Below, in pieces: positions 1 to 10,821 of a DNA stretch of 42,462 nucleotides. Position 1 is the first letter of the stretch; every line of letters begins with the position of its first letter. Origin of the DNA: Octopus bimaculoides (Eukaryota). The notes beneath the pieces were generated by a model that saw only the letters and a list, made by a program, of their open reading frames with translations, searched no databases and was not told the DNA's origin. The stretch lies in NCBI RefSeq assembly GCF_001194135.2, contig NC_069008.1:15678962-15721423 (forward strand), written 5' to 3'. The position numbers and the translations under genes were made by a program.

Positions 1-337
1 GACAGGAATGAAAAACAAATCAAAAATTTTTCCTTTTTTTCATGAAAAGATGCCTCCCACCATCCTGAAGACTGTGTTGAAAAAAAAAAAACTTGGAAAA
101 AATCCTCGTCAAAACGGAGAAATTCCAACTTACGTAAGCCGTCTGATCCGAAACTCCCCCACCCACGACTCCCAAAAAATATTGTCGGCAAATTTCTTTG
201 TACTCGTTATCTGCGTTTGAAAGGTGTTTGTGTAAAATTTCATTAAAAATTACCCATCTGATGTCATGAGGGGGAAAATGTTGGGTCGTGTCAATTTTCC
301 GAAACTCCCCTCTCCCAACCCCTCGGAAAATTTGACA

Positions 338-402
338 CTTCTTGAGAAACGCACTTCTCCAATTAACCCTAACGATATTGGAGAGGTGCGTTTCTGAAGA
401 AG
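338..402. repeat. 26-bp stem hairpin with loop TAACCCTAACGAT
   Basis: 338-363 pairs with 377-402 with one G-G mismatch and one G-T wobble. Confidence 0.8.
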
Positions 403-690
403 CTCCGAAAATTTTTTTTCCAACAAATCTTTACATACATTTAATCTACAGAATCTACGCGATTATTTGTTGAAGATTTCGTGAAAAAGTATCCATTCTT
501 CTGGAAGTTATGAGACAACAAAGTTGCAGGGGTCGGTAATATATCTGTGGTTATATCCTTGAATGTTGCAAACATTTTAACACTATTGACGTGTCACGAA
601 GTTGCGAACGTTGCAATTTCCCATTCTAGCCAAATCATAGAGGAGTTGCAACGAAACAGTGCAGGGGTACTTTGAAATTGGGTTCCGCGA

Positions 691-718
691 GGTAATCAGG
701 AATCGATTCCTGATTACC
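691..718. repeat. Perfect 28-bp palindrome GGTAATCAGGAATCGATTCCTGATTACC
   Basis: Direct reading of the sequence. Confidence 0.95.
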
Positions 719-1507
719 GAGAGGAAACGATTGAGAGTGTAGAAGGTAGCTTCCACTGCCAGAAATAGCAACCAAATAATGCACAAATCACAGACATCTC
801 GGTGCTAATGCAGATTCATTCATAAAAATAGAAGAGGCACACAGCATCGACACGTCCAAAACTGAACAGTATTAAAAAGAGTAAATATTTTTCATTGCTT
901 AATACTTACGGAAATGTTTTATGAAGGTTACAGGCGTGTGTGACAGTTGAGAAATGTCTTATAAGCGTGTATCGTAAGTTTTAAAAACTGAATTAAAAGT
1001 TAATTAAGACGAACCCAAGTACCTGACAATCTTTTAAGATGGAAACGGAACTTTGTCTAGTGCGCATGCGTGTTTCTTCTACATGCCCTACTTACGGCAG
1101 CCAGCTCGCGTTGCGGCCTTTCTTTCGATATCGGTGCGCTTTAACTTACGTCGACAATTCGAAAATCCACGTGAGATGCGAAACAAAAAGAAAAAAGAAA
1201 TTAATAAAGTTCATTACTTTTTGTCTGTTTTAATATAATATATGGCTTCACATGTATTTTAATAATATGTGGTTTCACATGTATATTCGAGGGGAGGGGC
1301 GGGATTTGTACTGTTTTTTGCTTCTAAGTATGTTTTCTGAGACGGATATAAAAATCGACTGAAGTTGAGGCTAACTTTTTCATTTGTTTTCTTTAAAAAA
1401 AAAAAAAAAGACGTAAAGCTGGAAATTACGTAACTCGAAACAACGTAAGCTGAGATATGTCCATGTATTGCTATATATGTACGTAACTCAATAACATCTA
1501 TGGGTTA

Positions 1508-1520
1508 TCTATCTACCTAC

Positions 1521-1551
<31 letters not shown>

Positions 1552-1646
1552 TCTGTCTGTCTACCGTTATATATAAGCCATAACGCTAAATTCTTTATGG
1601 ACGGGAAACCTAAGGTAATCCCATAAACTGGCCTTCCCCATTTTTA

Positions 1647-1677
<31 letters not shown>
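1508..1677. repeat. Microsatellites (TCTA/TCTG)n and (TA)n; others at 2258-2315, 2615-2650, 2949-2991 and 23222-23250
   Basis: Simple repeats visible directly. Confidence 0.9.
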
Positions 1678-1681
<4 letters not shown>

Positions 1682-1699
1682 CTCAACTGTAGAAATGAG

Positions 1700-1900
1700 T
1701 TGTGACGTCACTGGTGCCAAGCCATATCAGCCTTTGCCTTTCCCTTGGAACACATCAGTGGCGTGGAGAGGGGAGGTTGGTATGCATGGACACCTGCTGG
1801 TCTTCCATAAACAACCTTACCTGGACTTGTGCCTGGAAAGGTAACTTTCTAGGTGCAATCCCATGGTCAGTCATGACCGAAGAGGGTCACATACACACAT
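1700..1900 (+). repeat. Probable retroposon 3'-end fragment (unassigned)
   Basis: GC-richer island in AT-rich DNA, adjoining microsatellites and a SINE; family not identified. Confidence 0.35.
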
Positions 1901-1911
1901 TCCTTTCTTCT

Positions 1912-2257
1912 TTTACTTGTTTCAGTCATTTGACTGCGGCCATGCTGGAGCACCGCCTAGTTGAACAAATCGATTATTCTTTGTAAGCCGAGTACTTATT
2001 CTATCGGTCACTTTTGCCGAGCCGCTAAGTTACAGAGACGTAAACACACCAGCATTGTCAAGCAATAGTTGGAGAACAAATACAGTCACACAAAAACACA
2101 CACACAAACAGAGTGTCCATCTACCAAATCTACTCACAAGGCTTTGGTCAGCCCGAGGCTATAGTAGAAGACACTGCCCAAGGTTATACACAGTGGGAGT
2201 GAACCCGGAACCATGTGGTTGATAGCAAGCTACTCACCACACAGCCATTCCTGTGCC
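1912..2257 (-). mobile_element. SINE family S1 copy
   Basis: Reverse complement of the S1 head and body. Confidence 0.85.
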
Positions 2258-2309
<52 letters not shown>

Positions 2310-2612
2310 GAGAGAGACCAATAAGAAAATGGAGGGGATCAATAGCTGGTATTCATCAACTTTTAGACATTATATTATGTCAATTTATTTATTTACTAAA
2401 AGGACAATTATAACAATATACATACATGTATAACATATTATGCTTTACATATATAATATATAAAATATAAAAATATCAGTAATTATTAAAATATATAACA
2501 TATAGCAAAAGAAATTGGGATAATATCTTACAGCTAATTCTGCCAAGAGGCAAAAATACCTCATTCTACTTTTATCCCTCCAGTGGACTGAAGTAATTAG
2601 TAGATGAAATTG

Positions 2613-2648
<36 letters not shown>

Positions 2649-2947
2649 ATAATTGAATAAGACATAGTCAACAAGAAGTACGGTTGGATAGTTATTTTTT
2701 AATCACTACACACGTTTCCACATAACATAGTTCTTCATATATGCAGGAATTCGATTAAGTACCGGTTTACCTGTTACTTTCACATGCGACAAATGCCCAA
2801 ATCTAGACTTGGAAGTATATCATATTACTACCGGCTATTTGGTGATTCTAAGAGTGAACAAGTTCTATGTTGTACTCTGCTACATTCCAAACTGAATATA
2901 CATAATTTTTCTTTTTGAAGGAAATATTTCTCTCAGCATACCAAGAA

Positions 2948-2991
<44 letters not shown>

Positions 2992-3414
2992 NNNNNNNNN
3001 NNNNNNNNNNNNNNNNNNNNNNNNNNNNNNNNNNNNNNNNNNNNNNNNNNNNNNNNNNNNNNNNNNNNNNNNNNNNNNNNNNNNNNNNNNNNNNNNNNNA
3101 CAGCCTCCAGAAAATGATTTATCACAGATGTTACAGTGATGTGACTTGTTTCGTGTTTGAATACATTGACTGTTATCGATGGGTGTTTTGCAGGTCATTT
3201 TTCATATCGGAATTTTAGTAGTGAACCATGTCCCTGCATGTTGTGAGAGGTAACTAAAAGGGTTGGCATCAGAAAAAGTTGAACAGATGTAAAAGACAGC
3301 CTGAAAAAGGCAGCTACTATGAATAGCTTAGTTCTTGGTAAGGCTAAAACCAACAAAGCTATCATAACTTAAAATATTGGCTGTTATTGTTATGAATTTT
3401 CATATTGATACAAT

Positions 3415-3565
3415 TACACTTCAATATGAATAGATACATGTTTAGTTAACTGACAGCCTCCAGAAAATGATTTATCACAGATGTTACAGTGATGTGACTT
3501 GTTTCGTGTTTGAATACATGTGTTTAATTGAGTCACTAATTTGAGAGAATGGTTCATTGCATACA
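3415..3565 (-). pseudogene. Frameshifted remnant of the last two fingers and C-terminus of paralog A
   Basis: With two 2-nt deletions restored, the minus strand reads YL(C)[16 protein letters not shown] and CIQTRNKSHHCNICDKSFSGGCQLTKHVSIHIEV*, matching the IHKEV*/IHKVV* end of the paralogs. Confidence 0.75.
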
Positions 3566-4654
3566 TCAGAGATATGGCTTCTCTCCTGTATGAATACGTT
3601 TGTGTCTAGTTAACTTACAACTTTCAGAGAATGATTTATCACAGATGTCACAGTGATATGGCTTTTCTCCTGTATGAATACGTTTGTGTTTAGTTAAATC
3701 ACTACTCACAGAGAATGATTTATCACAGATCTCACAGTGATATGGCTTTTCTCCAGTATGAATACGTTGGTGACATTTTAGGTTACTACTTTGAGAGAAA
3801 GATTTGCCACAGATATCACAGTGATATGGCTTCTCTCCTGTATGAATATGTTTGTGTTTTATTAAGCTATTACTCTGAGAGAATGTTTTACCACAGACAT
3901 CACAGTGAAATGGTTTTTCTCCTGAATGTATACGTTTGTGTTTAGTAAAGTCACTACTTCTGCAGAATGATTTATCACAAATACTACAAAGAAATGGCTT
4001 CTCTCCTGTATGAGTACGGTTGTGTCTAGTTAACTCACTACTTACAGAAAATGATTTACCACAGACGTCACAGAGATATTGCTTCTCCCCTGTATGAATA
4101 TTTTTGTGTTCAGTCAAGTGACTACTTAAAGAGAATGATTTACCACAGATGTCACAGTGAAATGGCTTCTCTCCTGTATGAATACGTATGTGTATAGTTA
4201 AGCCACTACTTTGAGAGAACGATTTACCACAGATATCACAGCAATATGGCTTTTCTCCTGTATGAATACGTTTGTGTGTAGTTAAATGATAACTTCGAGA
4301 GAATGATTTACGACATATATTACAATGATATGGCTTCTCTCCTGTATGAACACGTTTGTGAGTAGTTAAGACAGCACTTTGAGAGAATGACTGACCACAG
4401 ACATCACAGTGATATGGCTTCTCACCTGTATGAATACGTATGTGCCTTGTTAAGTCAATACTTGCAGAGAATGATTTACCACAGATATAACAACAATATG
4501 GCTTCTCCCCTGAATGAATACGTTTGTGAGTATTCAGGTAACTTTTCTGAAAGAATGACTTATTACAGACATCACAGTCATATGACAATTTACTTTTCTC
4601 TTTTATCATGCCTTCAGAAAAAATCAAGGCCTTAAGTTTTTCGCTTTTTTCCAT
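3566..4654 (-). CDS. C2H2 zinc-finger protein, paralog A (12 intact fingers, C-terminally truncated by a frameshift)
   Basis: ORF with 12 C-x2-C-x12-H-x3-H repeats and TGEKP linkers. First ATG is at 4654 (the track start at 4669 is TTG). Ends at TGEKPYL*; two further frameshifted fingers follow at about 3415-3565. Confidence 0.93.
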   Translation of the reverse strand: MEKSEKLKALIFSEGMIKEKSKLSYDCDVCNKSFFQKSYLNTHKRIHSGEKPYCCYICGKSFSASIDLTRHIRIHTGEKPYHCDVCGQSFSQSAVLTTHKRVHTGEKPYHCNICRKSFSRSYHLTTHKRIHTGEKPYCCDICGKSFSQSSGLTIHIRIHTGEKPFHCDICGKSFSLSSHLTEHKNIHTGEKQYLCDVCGKSFSVSSELTRHNRTHTGEKPFLCSICDKSFCRSSDFTKHKRIHSGEKPFHCDVCGKTFSQSNSLIKHKHIHTGEKPYHCDICGKSFSQSSNLKCHQRIHTGEKPYHCEICDKSFSVSSDLTKHKRIHTGEKPYHCDICDKSFSESCKLTRHKRIHTGEKPYL

Positions 4655-5003
4655 TATTATCCTGCTCAAATCACAACATACGTATATTGTTTCTAGATTT
4701 TATTTTCATAGTTTATTCTTAAGACACACTTTGCCTGCTGCATTTCTGTCCAATGTTCCTTTGTGTTAATTAAACCATATCCCAGTTTAATTAACACAAA
4801 ATTATTTTGTAATATATTCCTGTCAGTGATTTACAGGAATTTTGCTAATAATCTCAGTTCAAAGCAAATATTGCACAGTAATTCTAACACAGATTTAGAG
4901 AACCAGTTTTATACATGTGCTGTGTATAACATATTCCTTTGGTCTTTAAAAAATTGTAAATATTGAGAATGTATCTTCTGTTATGCCAACGTCATCTGAG
5001 ATC

Positions 5004-5133
5004 CTGAAATAAACAAACAGAGCAAGTATAAAACAAACAGGGCAAGATATAAAAGCTTCTTAAAAAATACAGATTGAACAGTGGAAAATTTACAACATAT
5101 CTATTGAGATAAATTGTAGAAATAAGCATTTAC
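5004..5133 (-). other. Putative short 5'-UTR intron of ZNF A
   Basis: CAG|GTAAAT donor and TTTCAG| acceptor homologous to the other paralogs; 130 nt, including a small internal duplication. Confidence 0.6.
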
Positions 5134-5228
5134 CTGAACAACTGAACTTTTTAATTTATTAAAATTTGCATCATTGAAACTGGGGCTTACATATTTGTAA
5201 ACTACAGCTACACCTTCACACTGTGTAA

Positions 5229-5545
5229 TCATCATCATCATCATTTAACGTCCGCTTTCCATGCTGGCATGGGTTGGATGATTTGACTGGGGACCGGCGA
5301 ACCAGATGGCTACACCAGACTCCAATCTGATCTGGCAGAGCTTCTACAGCTGGATGCCCTTCCTAACGCCAACCACTCCGAGAGTGTAGTGGGTGCTTTT
5401 TAAGTGCCACCGGCATGAGGGCCAGTCTGGTGGTACTGGCAACGGCCACGCTCAAATGGTGTTTTTATGTGCCACCTGCACAGGAGTCAGTCAAATGTTT
5501 TGTTCACATGCCACCGGCATAAGTGCCAGTAAGGCGAAGCTGGAA
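5229..5545 (-). mobile_element. RTE 3'-end-derived element
   Basis: (CAT)n followed by the reverse complement of the RTE 3' UTR; runs into a gap. Confidence 0.85.
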
Positions 5546-5890
5546 NNNNNNNNNNNNNNNNNNNNNNNNNNNNNNNNNNNNNNNNNNNNNNNNNNNNNNN
5601 NNNNNNNNNNNNNNNNNNNNNNNNNNNNNNNNNNNNNNNNNNNNNNNNNNNNNNNNNNNNNNNNNNNNNNNNNNNNNNNNNNNNNNNNNNNNNNNNNNNN
5701 NNNNNNNNNNNNNNNNNNNNNNNNNNNNNNNNNNNNNNNNNNNNNNNNNNNNNNNNNNNNNNNNNNNNNNNNNNNNNNNNNNNNNNNNNNNNNNNNNNNN
5801 NNNNNNNNNNNNNNNNNNNNNNNNNNNNNNNNNNNNNNNNNNNNNNNNNNNNNNNNNNNNNNNNNNNNNNNNNNNNNNNNNNNNNNNNNN

Positions 5891-6252
5891 GTAACTATTG
5901 GTTACGACGTCGAGGGTTCCAGTTGATCCAATCAACGGAACAGCCTGCTCGTGAAATTAACGTGCAAGTGGCTGAGCACTCCACAGACAAGTGTACCCTT
6001 AACGTAGTTCTCGGGGATATTCAGCGTGATTATAGTGTGACAAGGCTGACCCTTTGAATTACAGGCACAACAGAAACAGGAAGTAAGAGTGAGAGAAAGT
6101 TGTGGTGAAAGAGTACAGCAGGGTTCGCCACCATCCCCTGCCGGAGCCTCGTGAGACTTTAGGAGTTTTCACTCAATAAACACTCACAACGCCCGGTCTG
6201 GGAATCGAAACCGCGATCCTCCGCTGCCCTAACCACTGGGCCATTGCGCCTC
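5891..6252 (-). mobile_element. SINE family S2 copy
   Basis: High identity to the reverse complement of 40902-41289; the 3' end runs into a gap. Confidence 0.88.
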
Positions 6253-6384
6253 TACGAAGTGTGAGTAAAGTAACAGATAACATACTTTGGTGTATTTAGT
6301 TATGTCCCTTTACGTTTTTTTTTAAACGAACGTACACTGAACAATTAACACTAATTACTTTTATAGATAAGATTATAAACAAAA

Positions 6385-6700
6385 AAATACCTTATTTTAG
6401 AATTCATGTAGACGAGGCGTCCAGCATGTGGTCCCGTCTGATTCCTACATGTTCGACAACTTTAGCCAATCAATCGTTAATGGCCCAGTGCTAGGTAAAG
6501 GTCTTGTTAGTTTTATTTCGCTCTAAATTCTTGAATTCTGGTTCCAGTCTTTCCAAGTTTCCACCTTGTTTCTTGTCACCTTTTAACACTCTTTAATCAT
6601 TAGTCATAAAACGTCAGTTCTTCGTACACAATCAATGATGTCACTTCCTCTTTGTCAGTATCACGTGTTACTAAATCTAGAAACATCGAGTTGTTTCCCT
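6385..6700 (-). promoter_or_regulatory. Conserved upstream cassette (putative promoter/exon 1) of ZNF A
   Basis: Reverse complement of GGGAAACAACTC..GAGGAAGTGACATCA (CACTTCC at 6642-6648), homologous to the cassette upstream of every paralog; internally shortened. Confidence 0.6.
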
Positions 6701-6783
6701 TTTTACTATTTCGAAATATTAGAAGTGTTTCTTTTAATTGTCGATAACATTTGTAATATGGTGATTTTTGTTGGAATGCGAAG

Positions 6784-6927
6784 CGCTAGTGTAGCTAGAG
6801 TGTGTGCCACCCGGGGAGACCCTTCCGTTTGCCGTCCCCAGACCCCACAAAAAAACACATATTGCCTAAAAATGGTACCCCATTAAAGGTACCGTCACTA
6901 CAGTCCCTCCCATCAGCTACGTTAGTG
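6784..6927. mobile_element. hAT-like MITE, 144 bp
   Basis: Termini CGCTAGTGTAGCT / AGCTACGTTAGTG; exact 8-bp TSD ATGCGAAG. Confidence 0.8.
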
Positions 6928-7994
6928 ATGCGAAGAGGACAAAATTAAATGACAGACAGGAGGAGACTCGCCCCAAACGGAAAGCCCGTGCTATGTCTTA
7001 ACCTGTATAAATTGTTTCTGGTTTAGATATGAGGACGGCAAAATTTCAGGAGAGTGGTGTTCTATAGAGCCTTCAATCCCACCATTAAATTGGTACGACC
7101 CCCAACCTAGGTGAGATGAATGGCAAAGCTGACCTCGGCTTCATTTGAAAAGTAAACAGTTGCAACAAATAAGCACAAGGCATTTTTCCAACGCTCCTTC
7201 CCTTCTCAAGGTATATAAATAACTACATGAATAATACATATTAATACATAATAGTAAGTACATATACATACATATATGTACATACATCTATTTTCAGTAT
7301 GTTGGAGAAGCAACTCAATGCTAATCCCTGTATATTTATGATGATAAATGGTTTTACCGATAAAGGTTTTTTCATACTGAACTACTTGGCAAAATTGTTA
7401 ATTATTAATTCTATTATTAATTGACGATTCCCTGCCCTTATTCTTGTATATGTATATATATAGGTAAGCATATGTGGGCACAGGACGACAAGAAACATGT
7501 ACAACAAAAGGTACGAAGTATACGAACGTACATGAAATATGAACTATTTTTTTTAGCATATATATATATATATACAATTATTTACTTGTGATGTTAAAAT
7601 AAATCAATCATTTCCAGAAATAGACATTAAGCAATTTCACCAGTTGTTGGTTGTCAATATTTCATTTCTTCTTTCTGAAGCAAATGATGGTTCTTTATGT
7701 TTACACAATATATTTTCCCCTAGAACACTGAGAAAGTTACAGATTGGGCCACGAACAAGCATCAACTACTTTGAAAATACAAAAATAAAAAAAAGTGAAA
7801 TATAGACAAACAACAACTGGTCAATGTGTTTATAGGATTTATTAATTATGACTTCTGCCCAACATAGAAATAGTGGTTTCAACAGTTTCAGGTCAAAATA
7901 TTGCAAAACAAATTCAAAATCTGCAAGAATTTGCTTTTATTAAAAATATTAGAGGTATCTCAACAATGTACATATAGTTGTAGTGATATTCAAG

Positions 7995-8283
7995 CAAGGG
8001 TGTTGCCAGTGCCGCTGGACTGGCTCCTGTGCAGGTGACACATAAAAACACCATTTGAGCGTGGCCATTGCCAGTGCCGCCTGACTGGCCCTCATGCCGG
8101 TGGCACGTAAAAGCACCCACTACACTCTCGGAGTGGTTGGCGTTAAGAAGGGCATCCAGCTGTAGAAACTCTGCCAGATCAGATTTGAGCCTGGTGCAGC
8201 CATCTGGCTCACCAGTCCCCAGTCAAACCGTCCAACCCATGCTAGCATGGAAAGCGGATGCTAAACGATGATGATGATGATGT
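7995..8283 (+). mobile_element. RTE 3'-end-derived element with (GAT)n tail
   Basis: Shares GGCGTTA(G/A)GAAGGGCATCCAGCTGTAGAAACTCTGCC...CCAACCCATGCTAGCATGGAAAGCGG with the 34303 LINE 3' UTR. Confidence 0.85.
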
Positions 8284-8577
8284 TGGAAGGCTGTTATCAC
8301 ACACTGCTGTATCTCCATTCCTCTGTAATACATTTAGTTATTGATGACTATTTGTATTTTGTCTTTCAGAGGAAATTTGACAGTAAACCATATCCCCCAA
8401 AGCAGTAAGAGGCAACTGAAGGGGTTGGTGTCAGGGAATTTCCACCAACTGTAAATGACAGCCTAAGAAGGGAGCCACAATGAGTGGATTACTTATTGCA
8501 GTGGCTAAAACACACAGGGCAACCCAAACTTTAGGAGTTTTAAATGGTTGTTGTCATGACTTTTTTTATTGATATAG

Positions 8578-9555
8578 TTACACTACTTTATGAATTCGTA
8601 TATGTGTATTTAAGTTGCTATTCCGAGAGAATGATTTACCACAGATATCACACAAATATGGCTTCTCTCCTGTATGAATAAGTTTATGTTTAATCAATGA
8701 ACTATTTACAGAGAATGATTTACCACAAATATCACAATGATAAGGCTTCTCTCCTGTATGAATACGTTTGTGTCTAGTTAACACACTACTTCCAGAAAAT
8801 GATTTACCACAGATATCACAGGTAAATGGATCCTCAATTGTATGAATACGTTTGTGTTTAGTTAAGACAGAAGCTTGAGAGAATGATTTACCACAAATAT
8901 CACACCGATATGGTTTCTTTCCTGTATGAATACATTTGTGTTTATCAAAAAGACTACTAACTGAGAATGACTTCCTACAAATACCACAGTGAAAGGGCTT
9001 GTTCCCTGTATGAATATATTTGTGTTTAGTTAAGGCAAAACTTTGAGAGAATGATTTACCACAGATATCACACTGAAATGGCTTCTCTCCTGTATGAATA
9101 CGTTTGTGTGTAGTTAAGTCATTACTTGCAGAGAATGATTTACCACAGAAATCACAGACATATGGCTTCTCTCCTGTGTGAATACGTACATGTATTGTTA
9201 AGTTACTGCTAAGAGAGAAAGATTTACCACATGTTTCACAGTGATATGGCTTCTCTCCTGTATGAATACGTATGTGTGTAATCAGGTTAGCTTTTCGAGA
9301 GAATGACTTCTGGCAGAAATCACAATGAAATGGCTTCTCTCCTGTATGAATACATTTGTGAGAAGTTAGATCAATCTGAGAGAATGATTTACCACAGACA
9401 TCACTGCAATATGGCCTCTCTCCTGTAGGTATACGTTGGTGCATAGTTAGGTTACATTTTTGAGAGAATGACTTTTGACAGATCTCACAATCATATGATA
9501 ATTTCCTTCTCTCTTCAGGAAAAATCAATTCCTCGAGTTTCTCATTTATTTCCAT
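8578..9555 (-). CDS. C2H2 zinc-finger protein, paralog B (11 fingers, first two degenerate)
   Basis: 11 finger repeats. Finger 1 has the last H changed to P (HQRIP); finger 2 has C changed to S plus a 1-residue deletion. ATG at 9555. Confidence 0.9.
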   Translation of the reverse strand: MEINEKLEELIFPEERRKLSYDCEICQKSFSQKCNLTMHQRIPTGERPYCSDVCGKSFSQIDLTSHKCIHTGEKPFHCDFCQKSFSRKANLITHIRIHTGEKPYHCETCGKSFSLSSNLTIHVRIHTGEKPYVCDFCGKSFSASNDLTTHKRIHTGEKPFQCDICGKSFSQSFALTKHKYIHTGNKPFHCGICRKSFSVSSLFDKHKCIHTGKKPYRCDICGKSFSQASVLTKHKRIHTIEDPFTCDICGKSFSGSSVLTRHKRIHTGEKPYHCDICGKSFSVNSSLIKHKLIHTGEKPYLCDICGKSFSRNSNLNTHIRIHKVV

Positions 9556-10056
9556 AGTATTTCTTCTCAAATCACCATATACATTTCTTGTTTTTGATCT
9601 TGCAGCTTACTTCTTATGGATATTTCTAACTGCTACATTCATGTTCTGTGTTACTCTTGTCTAACAATGCTTTTGTACATTTATATCTCCGTAGGATTAA
9701 TCCAGATTCATCTTGTGAACATAGCAACCAGTGATGTACTGAAATATTGCTAATAACCTCAGAACAAATATTCTACCACAGATTTACTGAATCAGTTTTA
9801 TGTGTGTGCTGTGTATAGGATATTCGTTTGGTCTTTAAATAACGATAAATACTGAGAATGTATCGTCTGTTATGCCAATGTCATCTGATATCCTGAAATA
9901 ATAAAGAAACAACAGTGTAAGTTATAGAGGCTACTTAGAAAATACAGATTCAACAGTGGAAAATTTGGAACATTTCTATAGAGATAAACTGTAGAAATAG
10001 TCATTTAACTGAACTTTTTAATTTATTAAAATTTACATCACAGAATCTTGTGTCAC

Positions 10057-10530
10057 CATCATCATCATTTAATGTCCATTGTCCATGCTGACATGGGTTG
10101 GACGGTTTGACTGGGCTAGCATGCTGCACTAGGATCCAGTCTGATTTGGCATGATTTTCTATGGCTGAATGCCCTTCCGAATGCCAACCACTCCAAGAGT
10201 GTAATGGGTGCTCTTACATGCCACTGGTATGGGTGCCATTTGCATGACACCCGTATCTGCCACGATCACAATTTTGCTTGGCTTGATGGTTCTTCTTCTC
10301 AAGCATGACACAATGCCAAAGGTGTTGGTCATTGCCTCCATGAGGCCCAACACTCTAAAAGGAGCTCGGTCACTTTGCCTCCACGAAGCCTGACACCTGA
10401 AAGGAACTCAGCCACCTCACCTCCATGAGGCCTGGGAGAATGGAACTCAGCTACTGCACCTCTGTGCGGCCCAATACTCGAAAGGAACTCAGCCACTTTG
10501 CCTCCACAAAGGGGAAGTGGTGAGAGGACT
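10057..10530 (-). mobile_element. RTE 3'-end-derived element with an internal roughly 40-bp tandem array
   Basis: (CAT)n tail, RTE 3' UTR, then about 4-5 copies of GAAAGGAACTCAGCCACTTTGCCTCC..GAGGCCC. Confidence 0.8.
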
Positions 10531-10821
10531 CGGAACATTCCCGATGTGAATTTCCTGAGTCTTCTCCCCCTCCCCCATTCGCCAGTGCGCATTTTCCTTT
10601 TCATATTTGTTTACTACATGTTGTTGTACACCTATCACACTATTTCAGAGACATAATACCCCAGTTGGCAACAAATGGCCTTTCTCTCAGAGTGAATGGC
10701 AGATTGTACGGGGTATGTGTATGAACAGCTATGCTGAATGATAGCGAGCCAAGAGTAGTGAATGCAGCATTTTATATATGTGATTACGAAGATTAATTAA
10801 ACTGAGTTAATTACCATTTTA

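Noticed and set aside
3101-3167. Second copy of the degenerate finger CIQTRNKSHHCNICDKSFSGGC
   Set aside because: About 67-bp exact duplicate of 3454-3519 lying directly on a gap edge; most likely an assembly or gap-fill artifact and not a separate gene.
10325-10530. Regularly spaced repeats resembling a CRISPR array
   Set aside because: Eukaryotic context, contiguous degenerate units without unique spacers, and derivation from the RTE sequence.
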